Source: Kudoa neothunni
Lineage: Eukaryota > Animalia > Cnidaria
NCBI GenBank assembly: GCA_964304625.1
Contig: OZ199839.1
Coordinates: 9,593,979-9,657,978, forward strand
Length of the DNA stretch: 64,000 bases
Direction: 5' to 3'
Part shown: piece after piece, positions 14,201-27,200 of the stretch
Numbering within the stretch: position 1 is the first letter of the stretch
How the letters are laid out: each line of letters begins with the position of its first letter
Translations under genes and position numbers: made by a program
Notes under the pieces: model-generated
Database searches by the model: none
Told to the model about the DNA's origin: nothing
The model's input: the letters and a program-made list of their open reading frames with translations, nothing else

Positions 14201-16014
14201 ACGGAGAAACCTTTTTTAAATAAAGTTTGAAGTTTGCATTTGAATAGATGCTACCACTAATAAAAATCGTTCATTTACTTAGAAGTACAAATATAATCAA
14301 TACCGCAGTCAGGAATAAGGAATTTTCTGGTTGTCTACGTCAATTAATAGATTAAAAAGTACCTGAATAATATTGATGATTGTTTATTTCAGAGTAATAA
14401 TCAATTAGAACAAACTTTTATTTGAAATATACTAATTAAACACGTTCATTTTTGTATTAAATGTTTCAAAAATGTTACATATACCTGTTTGGAGTAATTT
14501 TAAGATAGATAATGCCATTAGGGCCATATTTACAAGAGTTTTTGTGTTTCCCTTAAAATTTGAAGCATAACCAAATTATTTAGGATGTATTTTCACTTTT
14601 CAAGTGTTCTGAATATAATTAAGCGAAAAAGATTTTGATCATACTAATTAACACACACGATCCGAGATTTAAGTTGTTGCCATGTTGGATTAATCTGGGT
14701 CTCTATACGCATTCTAAAAACGATGTAAGATGTGTGTAGAGTTTTAAAACAACTAAATTTTGGTGATAACTTCATAATTGTAAATGTCTTTTTATCAAAT
14801 ATATCGATTGAGGTTGAAACTATATTCGTCTTTCGATGAGTATTTATTTATTTGTTGGTTTTCCTAAACTTTCTTACAAAGTAGCTGGCATCATTAATTC
14901 GATAAGTTTCTATATTTGATGAGATAATTTTTTAAATAATGTTTAAGTTCTTAGTAACCTAATTATTCCTTACCTCAGACCTTAAAGTTGATATTCAAAT
15001 CAATTTATAATTTTCTTTTCGCTAAAAATAATTCCTTATGATATGAGAGCTGCATGAAAATATGCGGTACCGCATTCTATACGTAGTTTAAGAATTTATA
15101 TTCACGATTACTTTTGCACAAAATACATCCCCTCTTAATCTCAATACGTGTTATGTAAGTTAATAAGAAATTATTGGTCTATTAAATCTAACCGATATTT
15201 TCACAAAGTTTTCGTTAACCTAAGAATAATTCAATACATGGGAATTTTTTTAGGACAATCAAACACTACGTTTATTTTTAAAAGGGTGCACTCCTTCGAG
15301 AAAACAAGTTGATATTTAAGTATTACTGTAATTTTTCAAACCAAAAACACCTTTACATTTTTGATTTAACCGTATTTTGTTAATTAATGTGTATATTTTT
15401 GAACCAGTATGTATTCTTGATAAAAAACAAGGTTGGATTTATTTAAAAAGGAGGAAAATATGTTAAAATAGTGAATACTTAAGTTACTACTTACAGCTTA
15501 TTATAACCTCATTAACATCCTTTATAAAATTGAAAAAATGAGTAACAATTAATATTTTTATTGCTGATGCACCTTAGGTTGATTTTATTTTTTTTATCGT
15601 TTGTGGACTAATAAAAAAATTTATAACTAGAAGGATTAATTTTTATCGCAAAATTTTGGAAAGAACTGAAAGTCCTATTTAAGTTACTTAATGTTGTTTA
15701 ATAAATAAATGAACTTTAATCGTTAATTAAATTTCTCATAAAATTAAGGGAATTATATTTTGGGTCAATAACTTGATAAATAAACTCAAAAATACTAATT
15801 AATTTCTCTCAATACCTCTATTTATATTTGAATATCAAGTGGGGGCATAATTTTGTTTATCTAAATCATCACATTGCAAAAATAATGACAAGATTTAAAA
15901 TGCATCAATTAAAATAGAAAAATAAAATTTACATTGTTTAATGTGTTTATTAGACTAATTCTTCCGTCGAATTTCTCCATTCAAAAATAAAAGTTAAAAT
16001 TTTCCATCACATAA

Positions 16015-16043
16015 TACCAGGCGAAACTGGTAGTAGCGCTGGT
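16015..16043 (+). mobile_element. Possible Helitron 3' terminus
   Basis: Hairpin TACCAG-GCGAAA-CTGGTA followed a few nt later by CTGG|T (CTRR-type end). No 5' end or Rep/Hel fragment was recognised. Confidence 0.25.
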
Positions 16044-19000
16044 TCTATAATAAAATGCAAAAATAAGTTAATTATATTTTAAGATCATAAGATAAAAATT
16101 TTAATGACATTATTTTCAATTAATATAATTAATTGATTAATTTCAGCAGAACAGGGTCGTACGTAAAAGGATTCGCAGGAAATCTATCATTTTTTGGAAC
16201 TAAAATAAAGTTTATATTATCTTTGCTTGATTAAAACAATAAAAAAAGAATATTTTGAAGCATGTTAAATAATCTGGCTTGTTACCATTTGATTCGTATG
16301 TGACTGACAAAAACCCTCATCCTTTGCTTTTACTAGTTGGAAAATACTATGCAATAAAATGATTCATATTTCTATCTAAAAATAAAAGGTATTATATTAA
16401 AAATTTTTTCATATATAAAAATTCGAATATATTCATTTTTACACATGAATATTATTGTATTTTCCAAGTGTAGTTATGAATGGTGAAGTTGGTCCTGCAA
16501 TATCAATATACTTTATTTTATCGTCTACGTCGTGGAAATTAATCTTATAATATCAGATATGCCTGAACCAACTCTCAATCAAATGCATTGTTTTAGTTTA
16601 AATAATATCGTAACCAGGAACTGATATTCTTTAATTATAAAATGCTGCACTCAATGTTCGCGTTTCTTGTAGATATTAAAATATTAGCTATCATTGGTTA
16701 GATATTTTAACCAACGATCGCATTATCGCTTTTACTAGGAGTAAAAATTTTTGTTTTGTGTAAATTTATTAAATGCCGTTAAAAATGAGTGAAATTTTAA
16801 AATAAGCTGTTGTTACTATTTCTTAGCGATTTGGAATAAGGAACGATATGTTTTTGTGTTATATTATAATTTTTGAGTTTAATAAACAGTTTTTTCGTCT
16901 GAAATTCACTAACAAGGCGATAAGAATAAATAATATCGACTGTAGATATCGTCAACAAGATTGAAACTATCGAATAAAGAATTATTTTACCATTATGAGC
17001 GAATTAAGTATGATTATTTCATATGTATAATAATATGTAAGGATTATAATTACTTTTTAAATAAACCCTTTCCCATCCAATGGTCATTTAAATTTGAAAA
17101 CAAGGAGGTAGAAAAATGTACCTCAATGGAGTTTTCTTTAACTATTTTTTCTAAAATCGTTTTAGAATAAAATTATAGATTTTATCTATTTAATAAGGAA
17201 TTAAAATATAATTTTATCAAATTATAACTGAATACGTTTCAAAAATTTGAAATAACGCCATTTGCAATTGTTAAATTTATTTTTATGAATAATCCAAATA
17301 TAAACCATTGAAGATTTATTTTAAATATAATTTTTCCTAGTTTAAATATATTCCTATAAATTTTGAAATATGTGAACTAATTTTAAAAAGTTATATAGGG
17401 GTTATTGCTTTGTAATATCTAGTAAATCATTATTTTCGTTATTTATAATTAAATACTATCGTTACTTCATGGGATAAAATATATATATTAAAACTCAATC
17501 TGTCGTAGAAAATATTATAAGATTGAGCTTTAAGTATTTTTAGATATGGAATAAATTTAAAAATGACAAAAAATGGCACGCATGCACGAATAAATTGATC
17601 AGTGTAAGCATATTAATTTTATTTAACCATTGTCTATAATACGGATAAAAAATAAATATTTAAAGTGTCTTAATCTTAAAGACAAAGTGAAATTTTTTAT
17701 GTGGCTATGATAATTAAAAACATAATTTTCTTTAATTTTCATTTTTCTCTTAATTTGATAATAAATAATAAAAAAGTGAGAATTTTAACATTTAAATTAT
17801 TATAAGAAACTTTTTTTACACAATATATTATCTTCAAGTTGTAAAAAAATTTGATTATGATGGGATTTACCCTCCCAGTCCGGATTTGAACCTAATTTCG
17901 GACAGACAAATTCAAAGCATCTATAAATTTCATAATTCCTCTAAAAATTTAAAGCACTTGGATCGATGTAAAAATATTACATTTATAAAATTAATATCGG
18001 TTAATATTAATGATTTTTGTGCCTTTACAGACAAAAGTATGTTTTGATTTTAAAGAAAACACATTTATAACGAGAAAATATATTTATATCTTATATTTGA
18101 AGATTTAGAGATTTAAAATGTAATATTTAATTGAGTAAATGACGATTCTTAGCATATCATATAATTTCATTGCGGATTACCGAGTCTTAATCCAAAAATA
18201 ACTTATACTATTCGTTATTATAAGCTAGCCACTAGAAGGAAGTCAGTAGTTCCACTGAAAAACTTATAATTTTAATGATTTTTAAAGAGAATCATTGATG
18301 TAATTTAAAAATCGTAGGATTTTCGGTCGTTTCACTTAACTTTATAGTTATGAAAACCCACTTCTAACATTATTAAATTTATAAAAACAGAATTTTCTAA
18401 AAAGAGAAATACATAGAAAATTAAAGATTACATCACAGAACTAACGCAGCATATCTAATGTTTTCAAATATCAAATTGTCTGACAAAAAAGAATGTATAA
18501 ATCAAATTTCAAGAGTTTATTTGAACGTTGCTTTTTATATATACTTTAAAAATTACGTTAACTACTCATTAAATTCGAGACTCCTTTATTCAACTTAATC
18601 TTCTCACTGTTAAATTGTTGTTCCTGATTATATACAATAACGTTGTCGCTATTCGCTTGGATTGGATCAATTTTACTTGCGATTTCCTCGTTTAAAGCGG
18701 GTTTCATTTCTCATGCTACTTTGCTTTCATATGAACTATATTCAGTTTTAATTTTTGTATCATTAAATGCATCCTTCTTCTAAATAGCAGATATTGATAC
18801 ATTATGGGACCCTGTCTAGTAGCCTATTAACGCTTCCTAATTAATTAAACTTCCTATGCAGAATATCCAATAAATAGTTTAGCAATAGTTTAATTATTTA
18901 TTGGCGCAAAGAAATTAATGGCCACTAAGATAGTTTTTTTCCGGAGTCCAGACGGACGGACGAACCCCATCGGAACACGCGTGATTTTCTCCGCACAGTG

Positions 19001-20300
19001 CATGGAGGGTTGAGGAAATAATGGATAAAATAAGCACATATCAAACACATCAAATATGCACGCGAGATGTATATTTGCTTCCTATGACTGTAAAATCTTT
19101 GATCGATTTATTAATAATCGAATTTCGTTAAAATTTTATAATTTAATTCTCAAAACATTGCAAAAGTTACAAACGACCATTCAACAATTGATTTTGTCAT
19201 ATTCCGTTTATTTATAGTGATTATGATTTAAAATAACTTAAAACAATACATATCATTATTAATAAAAACGATATTTTTAGAAAATAAAAAAACTAATGTA
19301 TACACGAAAAACGTTACATACGAGTGGTTCATTATTCTAATAGTTGGAGAAAATGTTATATCATAACATTCTCAGATATTTATTTAATCCAAAACTGATT
19401 TTGTCTTTTTCAAAAAATTTTATTAAAATCATGATTCATTAGAATAAATTATTTTTTGTAGATAATAAATATCATTGGTCCTAAAATTAACACACCTTAT
19501 TTAGCAGTTTTAGTCAATATAAAATGCCCATGGATTTAAATAAAATGAAATTTTATACAAATTCGTAGTATCCATAAATTGTAACCCTATTTTATATATT
19601 TTGTATAGAATAAATATTCATTTTGAATTATACAAAAATTAGGAATTTTTTCTGTTAAATGTATTAATCGTAGCTTATTTATTATGTGTACAGAATTTGT
19701 TTCCATATAAATTTCTATTTCTGTCGTTATTTTACTATATTTAATAGGCATAATTGGTTGTATATTGTGATTTACATCAAAATCTACTCATGAGAATACA
19801 ATAAAATATTTTCAACAAACATTATCGGCATTTGTAGCCAAATAATTTCTTTTGATTAACAAATTATTTGGGAAAAGACGAACAAACTACAATCAAAAAC
19901 ATATAAATTTATTTTATTTAACGAAAATATTAATCCTAGCATTAGAATATTATTTTTTGTACGAATATCTTGAATATTGTTTGTCGCAGTATTTTGCATT
20001 TGATAATGCAAAAGTTATAAAATCGATTCAGAATAAATTTTCGGTAATTATTATACATCCGCAAATATTTAATTGTTGAATATTTTAGAAATTTATTATT
20101 GTAGTCGCTAAAACACATAATATCATCATAATGCCAGTATAAATGTCAGACAAATCATTAACGTTACTTATTTTAAATTACTGTATATAAAATAATAACT
20201 AAGATGATTCAAATTTTTTATAAACCTATATTAATAACATTAAATGTTTAAGAGGAAGTTTGTCGTTATATACAAAAATAATCTTCTAAAGTAGACGACA

Positions 20301-20335
20301 TGAGAGGATTTAATTTAATTTTTATCCCATCAAAA
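20301..20335 (+). promoter_or_regulatory. Conserved upstream element of RSK-like paralogue B
   Basis: GAGAGGAT-(AT-rich spacer)-TTTATCCCAT about 240 bp upstream of ATG 20562, homologous to 9713-9745. Confidence 0.4.
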
Positions 20336-20561
20336 CAATAATAACTTATGAATTAATTTTTATTCAATATTCTTAGGTAATACGATTATTTGAAAAAATT
20401 ATCCCATAATAAACAAAATCCTCAAGTTATATATGTTAAAATATATAATTTTATATATTAACATATATAACTGTTGGAATAATTAAATTTAACAAAATTA
20501 TAAGGTGAATTTATCGAAATAATATTGAAAAGTAATAAAATAGTTCAAATCAAAGTTTTAA

Positions 20562-23539
20562 ATGGCTTCGAACAATGGGGACGAATTTTTGATCGAAGAA
20601 AAAATCAGTGAGCTCAATTCTGCAGTTAGAGATTCACTAGTAGATGCAGAATGGCGCTATTCAGAAGCGTTCGGTGATGCATATACTATTATTGGAAAAT
20701 CGAAAAATAAACTTAACAGCAAAATAATATCTTATTATTATAAAAATGAAATGAACAGTAAAACTCTTTGATACGACATGAAAATTCAACTAATGACTTT
20801 AGTCAGTGATAGAATCAAAATGGCTCAAATTTTTGTGTTACGAAGATTGATGGCTCATCCGTTCATTTTTTCATTTGTTTGTGGTATTTCTTCGATAAAT
20901 TAATTTTTGACTATATAAACATATTTATTTTGTAGCGTCTCAATCACCTGATGAACTATTTCTTATATCTGAAATCGAGCAGTTTGTGAGATTTAGCGAT
21001 GTACTCGATGATATAAGAAATAAACTCAGTGTCGATGATATGAAATTTTATTTTGGTGAACTAGCCTTAGCTATACAACATATCCACAATGTGGGTGCGG
21101 TTATTGGGACATTGTCTATCAACAAGTAATTTACGTTTGGTCTATATATAACTTTGTGTAGTATTTGTTTAGATATCGATGGCCATATAAAACTTTTTAG
21201 TAGTTTTATTATACACTGATTTATTTCTCTTTAATAAGATTCCTTTAATCAATGGTTAACTTTATCTAGATCTAAACAATACAAATGAAGTGGGAAAAAT
21301 AAGTTCTTTTGGCACAAAATATTTAAAAAATGAATTTATAGCACCAGAAGTAATTATAATTACATCTTCAATGAAATTTAATATTTAATAGATAAGAGAT
21401 AACCGAATATACAGCTACTCTGCGGATTGGTGGTCTTTTGGAGCAATTATGGTACAATAATATGTAATACGGTAGGTAGTACCATCTATAAATATACTTT
21501 AGTATTACACAGTTACTAACAGATTTTTTACAAAAAATAATTTTCTGGGATCTCAATCTAAACTGACTATAAGGTTTTAAAATTGTTTTTTAAATAAATA
21601 TACATTCATTATCAGTGGTGAGTTGATTTCGAATATGCCAGAAGATTCTCCTGAAAAAATTTACGAATCTCTACTGAATGAAAAACCATTAAAAAGACTT
21701 TGCAGTACATCAGGAATCGAGGAGTTGAAATCCCATCGCTTCTTCCTGGGTCTTAACTTTGAGGCATACACAAATTTTTTGTTTTTGTTGAAAATTTATT
21801 TATGTTAAGATGTTGGAGTTGAAAGCCATTCGTCCACCTAGATCCCACTTTCCAAAAAAATATGAAGATATATATAATGACATAGATGAAGGCAAAAATA
21901 ATACTGTTGTGCTTTTATTACTTAATAAATAATTCGTTAGATTCCGTAAATGAAATAGGAATTCCGTTCAGACCAATTCATTTTAATGACTTTTATTATG
22001 TATCTCCTTCATTAAGAAAAGACGTGTTTTTTGGTAGCATGCCTGAGAATCCACAGTCCTACCAAGTAACTAAACACATATACGTAAAAATATATATTTT
22101 ATTTGAGTAGAGTCTTATGGATTGTGCGAATTATATCATTAAAGAGCCAGTTGAAAACTATTTTGAAGTTATTGAAGTATAATATACTGGATTTCAAAAT
22201 AATATTTAATTCTAAAAATATTAATAAAATCAATATTCATTTAAAAATATAAAAGATTGCACATTTTAACTCAAAAACTTAAAAATCTCCAATTTATAAG
22301 TCCCATGAATAGAATATTTTTATTTTATAATATATAAAATTTAATATCCTATATATTAAATATTTACATTATTGAAGAAAATAAGCAGTGGCGAGTTTTC
22401 GGAATTCTATAAAGTTCATTCAATCGATGAGCAAGATCAAATATTCGTGATGAAAAAAGTCGATAAAACAAAATACAACGTTTCAGAAGAAGTGAGGGTA
22501 ATAATAAGTCGAGTTAAGTAATATTAAATTAGTATTTAGTTATTATTACATAATCAAGATAATAATAATATTATTGTACCAATTGAAGTATCTTATCTTC
22601 AAATAAAATTTCTTTTTTGTATTTTTTTAACGATAAAACACATTAGATTTTTGAAGACAACGATAGTTTTACAATAATTATGGAATATTTCAGATTGAAT
22701 TTATTAAATTTCATCCAAACACATTGCATCACCGAATCTTATTCTTTGACTATCATTAGAGATATTTTTTCTGGTCTACATTTCCTTCATAAAAACGGAA
22801 TCGTACACAGAAATCTAAAACCTACAACAATTTTTATAGAAAAAATGCCTGATCAAATTTTTACAGTTATTGGTAGTTTCGGTCATGCAAAACAAGCTTT
22901 TCCCATTAAACATATTATCGATCACACTAATAATATCAACAAATATATATTGACGAAGGTAATAACAAAATCAATTATTATTGGTAGCGAAATCTTCTTG
23001 TTTTTCATTATAGGACGATAACCTAATGGACGAGGACCAATCATATGACTATTGGTGTGTGGGGTCGTTAATATACTTTATGAACACATTGTATTAATTA
23101 GAGTGGTGCCAATTAAGTATATTAAAAATATTTGTAGAGAATTTCCAATAAAGATATTCGATGAGGATACCAATGAAACTATCGTTCAAAAGATAAAAGA
23201 ATATTCCACTATAGAGTTTCTTAATTCCAAAAAAATGTCATTATCTACTAGGGTATTTCTATGAAATCAATTGATCTATTCTTTTATTCAATAAATAGTT
23301 TTTGATTCGTGGATTATGTAACTTTAGTCGCACCGGAAATAATATTGATTTTAAAAAAGTATATGATGTACTCATGAAATGTGCTTATTATTTTTTCAAT
23401 ATAGCTGATAAAAAATGTACACAATATTTATAGTGGACAACTTATGAACCAAGGAGTTAAAATTCGCCAGGAAAATTTGTTCATTGACGTAGAAAAAATG
23501 CAAAAATTATACAATTCATGGAGAAACTATCACGTTTAA
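20562..23539 (+). CDS. p90 RSK-like double pseudokinase (paralogue B, multi-exon, two GC-AG introns)
   Basis: Same exon structure as paralogue A: MAHPFIFSFVC..KFYFGELALAIQHIHNVGAVIGTLSINN ICLDIDGHIKLF..APE..ADWWSFGAIM..ELKSHRFF; then LHFLHKNGIVHRNLKPTTIF..GSFGHA..DYWCVGSLIY. Ends WRNYHV-TAA at 23537-23539. Confidence 0.8.
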
Positions 23540-24249
23540 ACTAAGATCCAACTCATGAGATTGGCATACTAACTTTACTTTAACTATTTCTATTTCTGTT
23601 ATTATTATATCTATATTTATCATAAGTAATTATGTCTTAAATATATTTATATGTAATATTAGATTAAGAAAAATTTAATAATATAATGTTCAAAATTCAA
23701 CTAAATCGGTACATTTTACTTCTACCATGATATTTTATTAACGGGATACCTTAATCTTATTTATAGTTTCAGATTTGTGAATTCATAAACTTTGTAAATC
23801 GAAAAATCTAAGCTTCCTTATTTATTTTAATTCGAAACATTTTAATAGAAAATAAACTTATTTGATATCTTTTAAATCATATAAGTCTAATGGAAGGTAC
23901 CGGTCTAGATTTATTAACTGAATGAGTATTTATTAAATCTTCCAAATACAACTTGTAGGGAATTGTACTTTACTTCGTTATAATAAAAAACAAATTTATA
24001 CGTAAAATTTTACTTATGTTTTATAAAATATTGATTATTGAAAAAAATTTATTAGTCAATTATTGTATCAGAAATAGAATTAAAAAATTAAATATATCGA
24101 TATTGATGAAATTAATTAATTAATTAATACCCATGATTAAGATATTTAATAGGATTTATTTGTCACTTTTTAATGATAACAATTGAGTATTAAAATTGTA
24201 AGTTGGTATAATTTCTCGTCTAACGACCAAAACCGTTCAGAAACACATT

Positions 24250-27200
24250 ATGCTACTGACATATGCTTTTATAAAATTTATATTTATTTATAGAGGTATC
24301 TCATGCGCAAAATTCCACTATTATTTATTTTTAGTGATTCTTGATGAAACTGTTAAAAATAATATTGACAACAATATATTAAGATTAACGCACTTACGTA
24401 ATGAAGACGAATATAACATTTCAATCTCTGGATACAATATCGAAAATAGTCATAGAAAATGTGCACTTCAGTATTACGATAGCGAGCAACTGGCATTAAA
24501 GTCATTTTCATCATGTAACACTGTTACAGCAGGGTCAACTGTAGATCAAGATTCAAGTTTGTGTCTCCATGAATGCAAAAAACTCGACTTTAATATAAAC
24601 AGAACTGAAATGGAGAAAATAAAGTTTGTTAGGTGGTGCCAAGGAAAGAATGATAGAGATGTAAAAAAATGTATTAACAAAAGAGTATACCCGCTCAGAG
24701 GTATTTGCGATTTCTAATAATTGTTTTAAAATTATTTATGTAGATATTTTTATAAAAAGTAGTATAGTTGCAGAAAAGAAAAATAATGAATTTAAAATAT
24801 CCGTTAAACAAAAAGTAAATGATGGGTTCAAGTCTGTTGTTGATGGCACAAACAAAACTACTGTAGAAAAAGATAATAGTAAATTCGATATAAAAACTCT
24901 TAAACTAAATTCCCTATCATATGAAACAACATCCTTTGTTGAATTTACCAACGGATCTCCCCAAATATTTCTGAATCCGAAACAACCTAGTCAAGATTGG
25001 TTAATCGCAATTGGATCGAAAGAAACTCATAGTGGGAAGAATTTTTATACGATAAAACTTCAAAATCCGGAACCATCTAAAATTTGTTACTTTGGAATAA
25101 AAGAAATAAACGAGTCTCATTTTTCTTCTCACTGTTCAGGTATGAACAAAGCTGGGCCGTGTCTCCAACCTTGCTACAAAGCTACACTCTATCATGATTC
25201 TGATTTGAAGTTTGCTCAAGTCATTGTTGTGTCTCAAGGGAAACAAACACCAAAAGAATTTATTCAGCTCGTGACATGTAATATTTTCTTAATAAAAATA
25301 AATTTAACTTTAGTTTAGTTGGCACAAATCAACCTAGTGTAACAATTAATGATGAAAATCAAGCCACTATTAATTTATCTGATTTGAATAAAAATGAGGT
25401 AACTACCAGTGCAGTAAATGAAGCAGAAATTGCCGAAATGAAAATTATAGAAAAATATCTTGGAGTTGAAGCTGAAGGCGTAGATCCAGAGTGTACAGAA
25501 GAGACTGGATGCAAAACTTTTGGCTCGATCACAATAAAAAAACTTATCCCATTAACTGAATATGTTATAAAAATTAAAATAACTAAACTCCAAACACTAG
25601 ATTCACCTGAAGTAGAATACTATCACAGATATATTTATTTCAAAACCGAAGGTATTCATATAAAGTAGTTATCCTCTAAATGTAAATAGGAACTAAATTT
25701 AACAGTAATAAGCAACTTACTCCAACATCTGATACAACCCAACCTACAAAATTAGCTCTAACTCCAGTTAATCTTTTTGAAAATGGAGTTAATCATGACG
25801 TTAAGTGCGAACTTTACTACTCGGTAGTAGGAGATTTACCTTCCAAATATCCTGCTACTTGCGAAATTAGTTCTCAAAGAAAATTCTGTTTTGATTCTTG
25901 TACTGGAACTTTCAATATTGTTAACCTCGATCCAAAAACAACTTATAAATTAACCCTATGCACCAAGGGATATACATGCGCCGAAAGTCAAGAAGCATTA
26001 AGTAATACCTTCCCTAAAAATGTATATTTACGTTCCTAATAGCTACTGGAGTGACACTCACTGCCTCTTCAGAAAATAAAGTTACGGGACAAAAAGTTAA
26101 GTTTACTATGACCTCTGGGAACACCGAAACTTTAGGAAATTCATGGGCTTATTTTATTGTTGAAACAGCGTCCAACAAAATAATTATTGATTGTTTGGAT
26201 GGCGTTTGTCAAAACAATGTATCCATATCTGAGGATAATACATTAGAGATTCAGTGGTCTGAACTTAAAATCGAGGTTCCTTATAAAATCGTTGTGATAA
26301 ATCGAGATAAAGCTAAACCCGCCACAGCGGATATAACAAGTTATTATTAAAGTCGGATTTCAACTTATTATTTTTAGTAAATGACCGAGAAGCCGAAAAT
26401 GGTATGATTTTAAGGTACGACAAAACATCTAATGAGTACAAGGTTAAGTTTAAAGTTGAACTGACAGACATATCCAACGAAGATTGTACAGTGCAAAGAT
26501 CCAGCACTGACTTAACTGGTTATGAGAGTGTTAATCAAAATAGTGGCGAGCTAAAAAAACGGTGCAACGACCTTAGTAATGAATTTTCCATTACCCTTAA
26601 TTCTCCGAAGAAATTAAATTATATTTCGTTCACTTATAAATATACTGAAAAAGTCAATGCTTCTCCAGCCTCTGAACATGTTGCAGATGATGAGGGTGCA
26701 CAGGAGGCCAAATTGAATCCAGATCCATCATCGTTAACTCAGACTACCAAAACGTTCAACAAAGGGAAGGTTTTTTCATATTACATAGGTAAAACAATAT
26801 ATATATACACGTGTATAAATTTTTAAGCGTAACCTTTCTAAGATTTTTACGAGGCAATTAACTACGTAGCAAAGTTAGACGGAGAAAAAATAAAATTGGA
26901 AACAAATAAATGTGAACAATCTTGTAAATTTCTTAAAGATTCACAAGCGCAAAACAATATACAAGAAACCAAAATCAATAATGGTATCCCTTGTACCTTT
27001 GGACATTATTCCATAGAGTTTGGTGAACTTGTCGGCGATTATCACATAGATTGTCCTAAACATTTCGATTTCCATTATTTTTATGATAACACATTTGTAA
27101 AAACCCACGCACCGGTTTTCAATAGATTCTACTACGAATTGGCTGTTAACGAAGAAAATCAAAAGCTCACCGTGAAATTAACTAACGAGAGTCCTTCTGA

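Noticed and set aside
17866-19013. Non-autonomous piggyBac-like element bounded by CCCTCC termini
   Set aside because: Only ~6 bp of inverted match, imperfect TTAA sites and no internal coding evidence.
14300-20100. Scattered short ORFs (e.g. 16961, 19852) and faint transposase- or protease-like words
   Set aside because: Low-complexity AT-rich translations with motifs too degraded to support a call.
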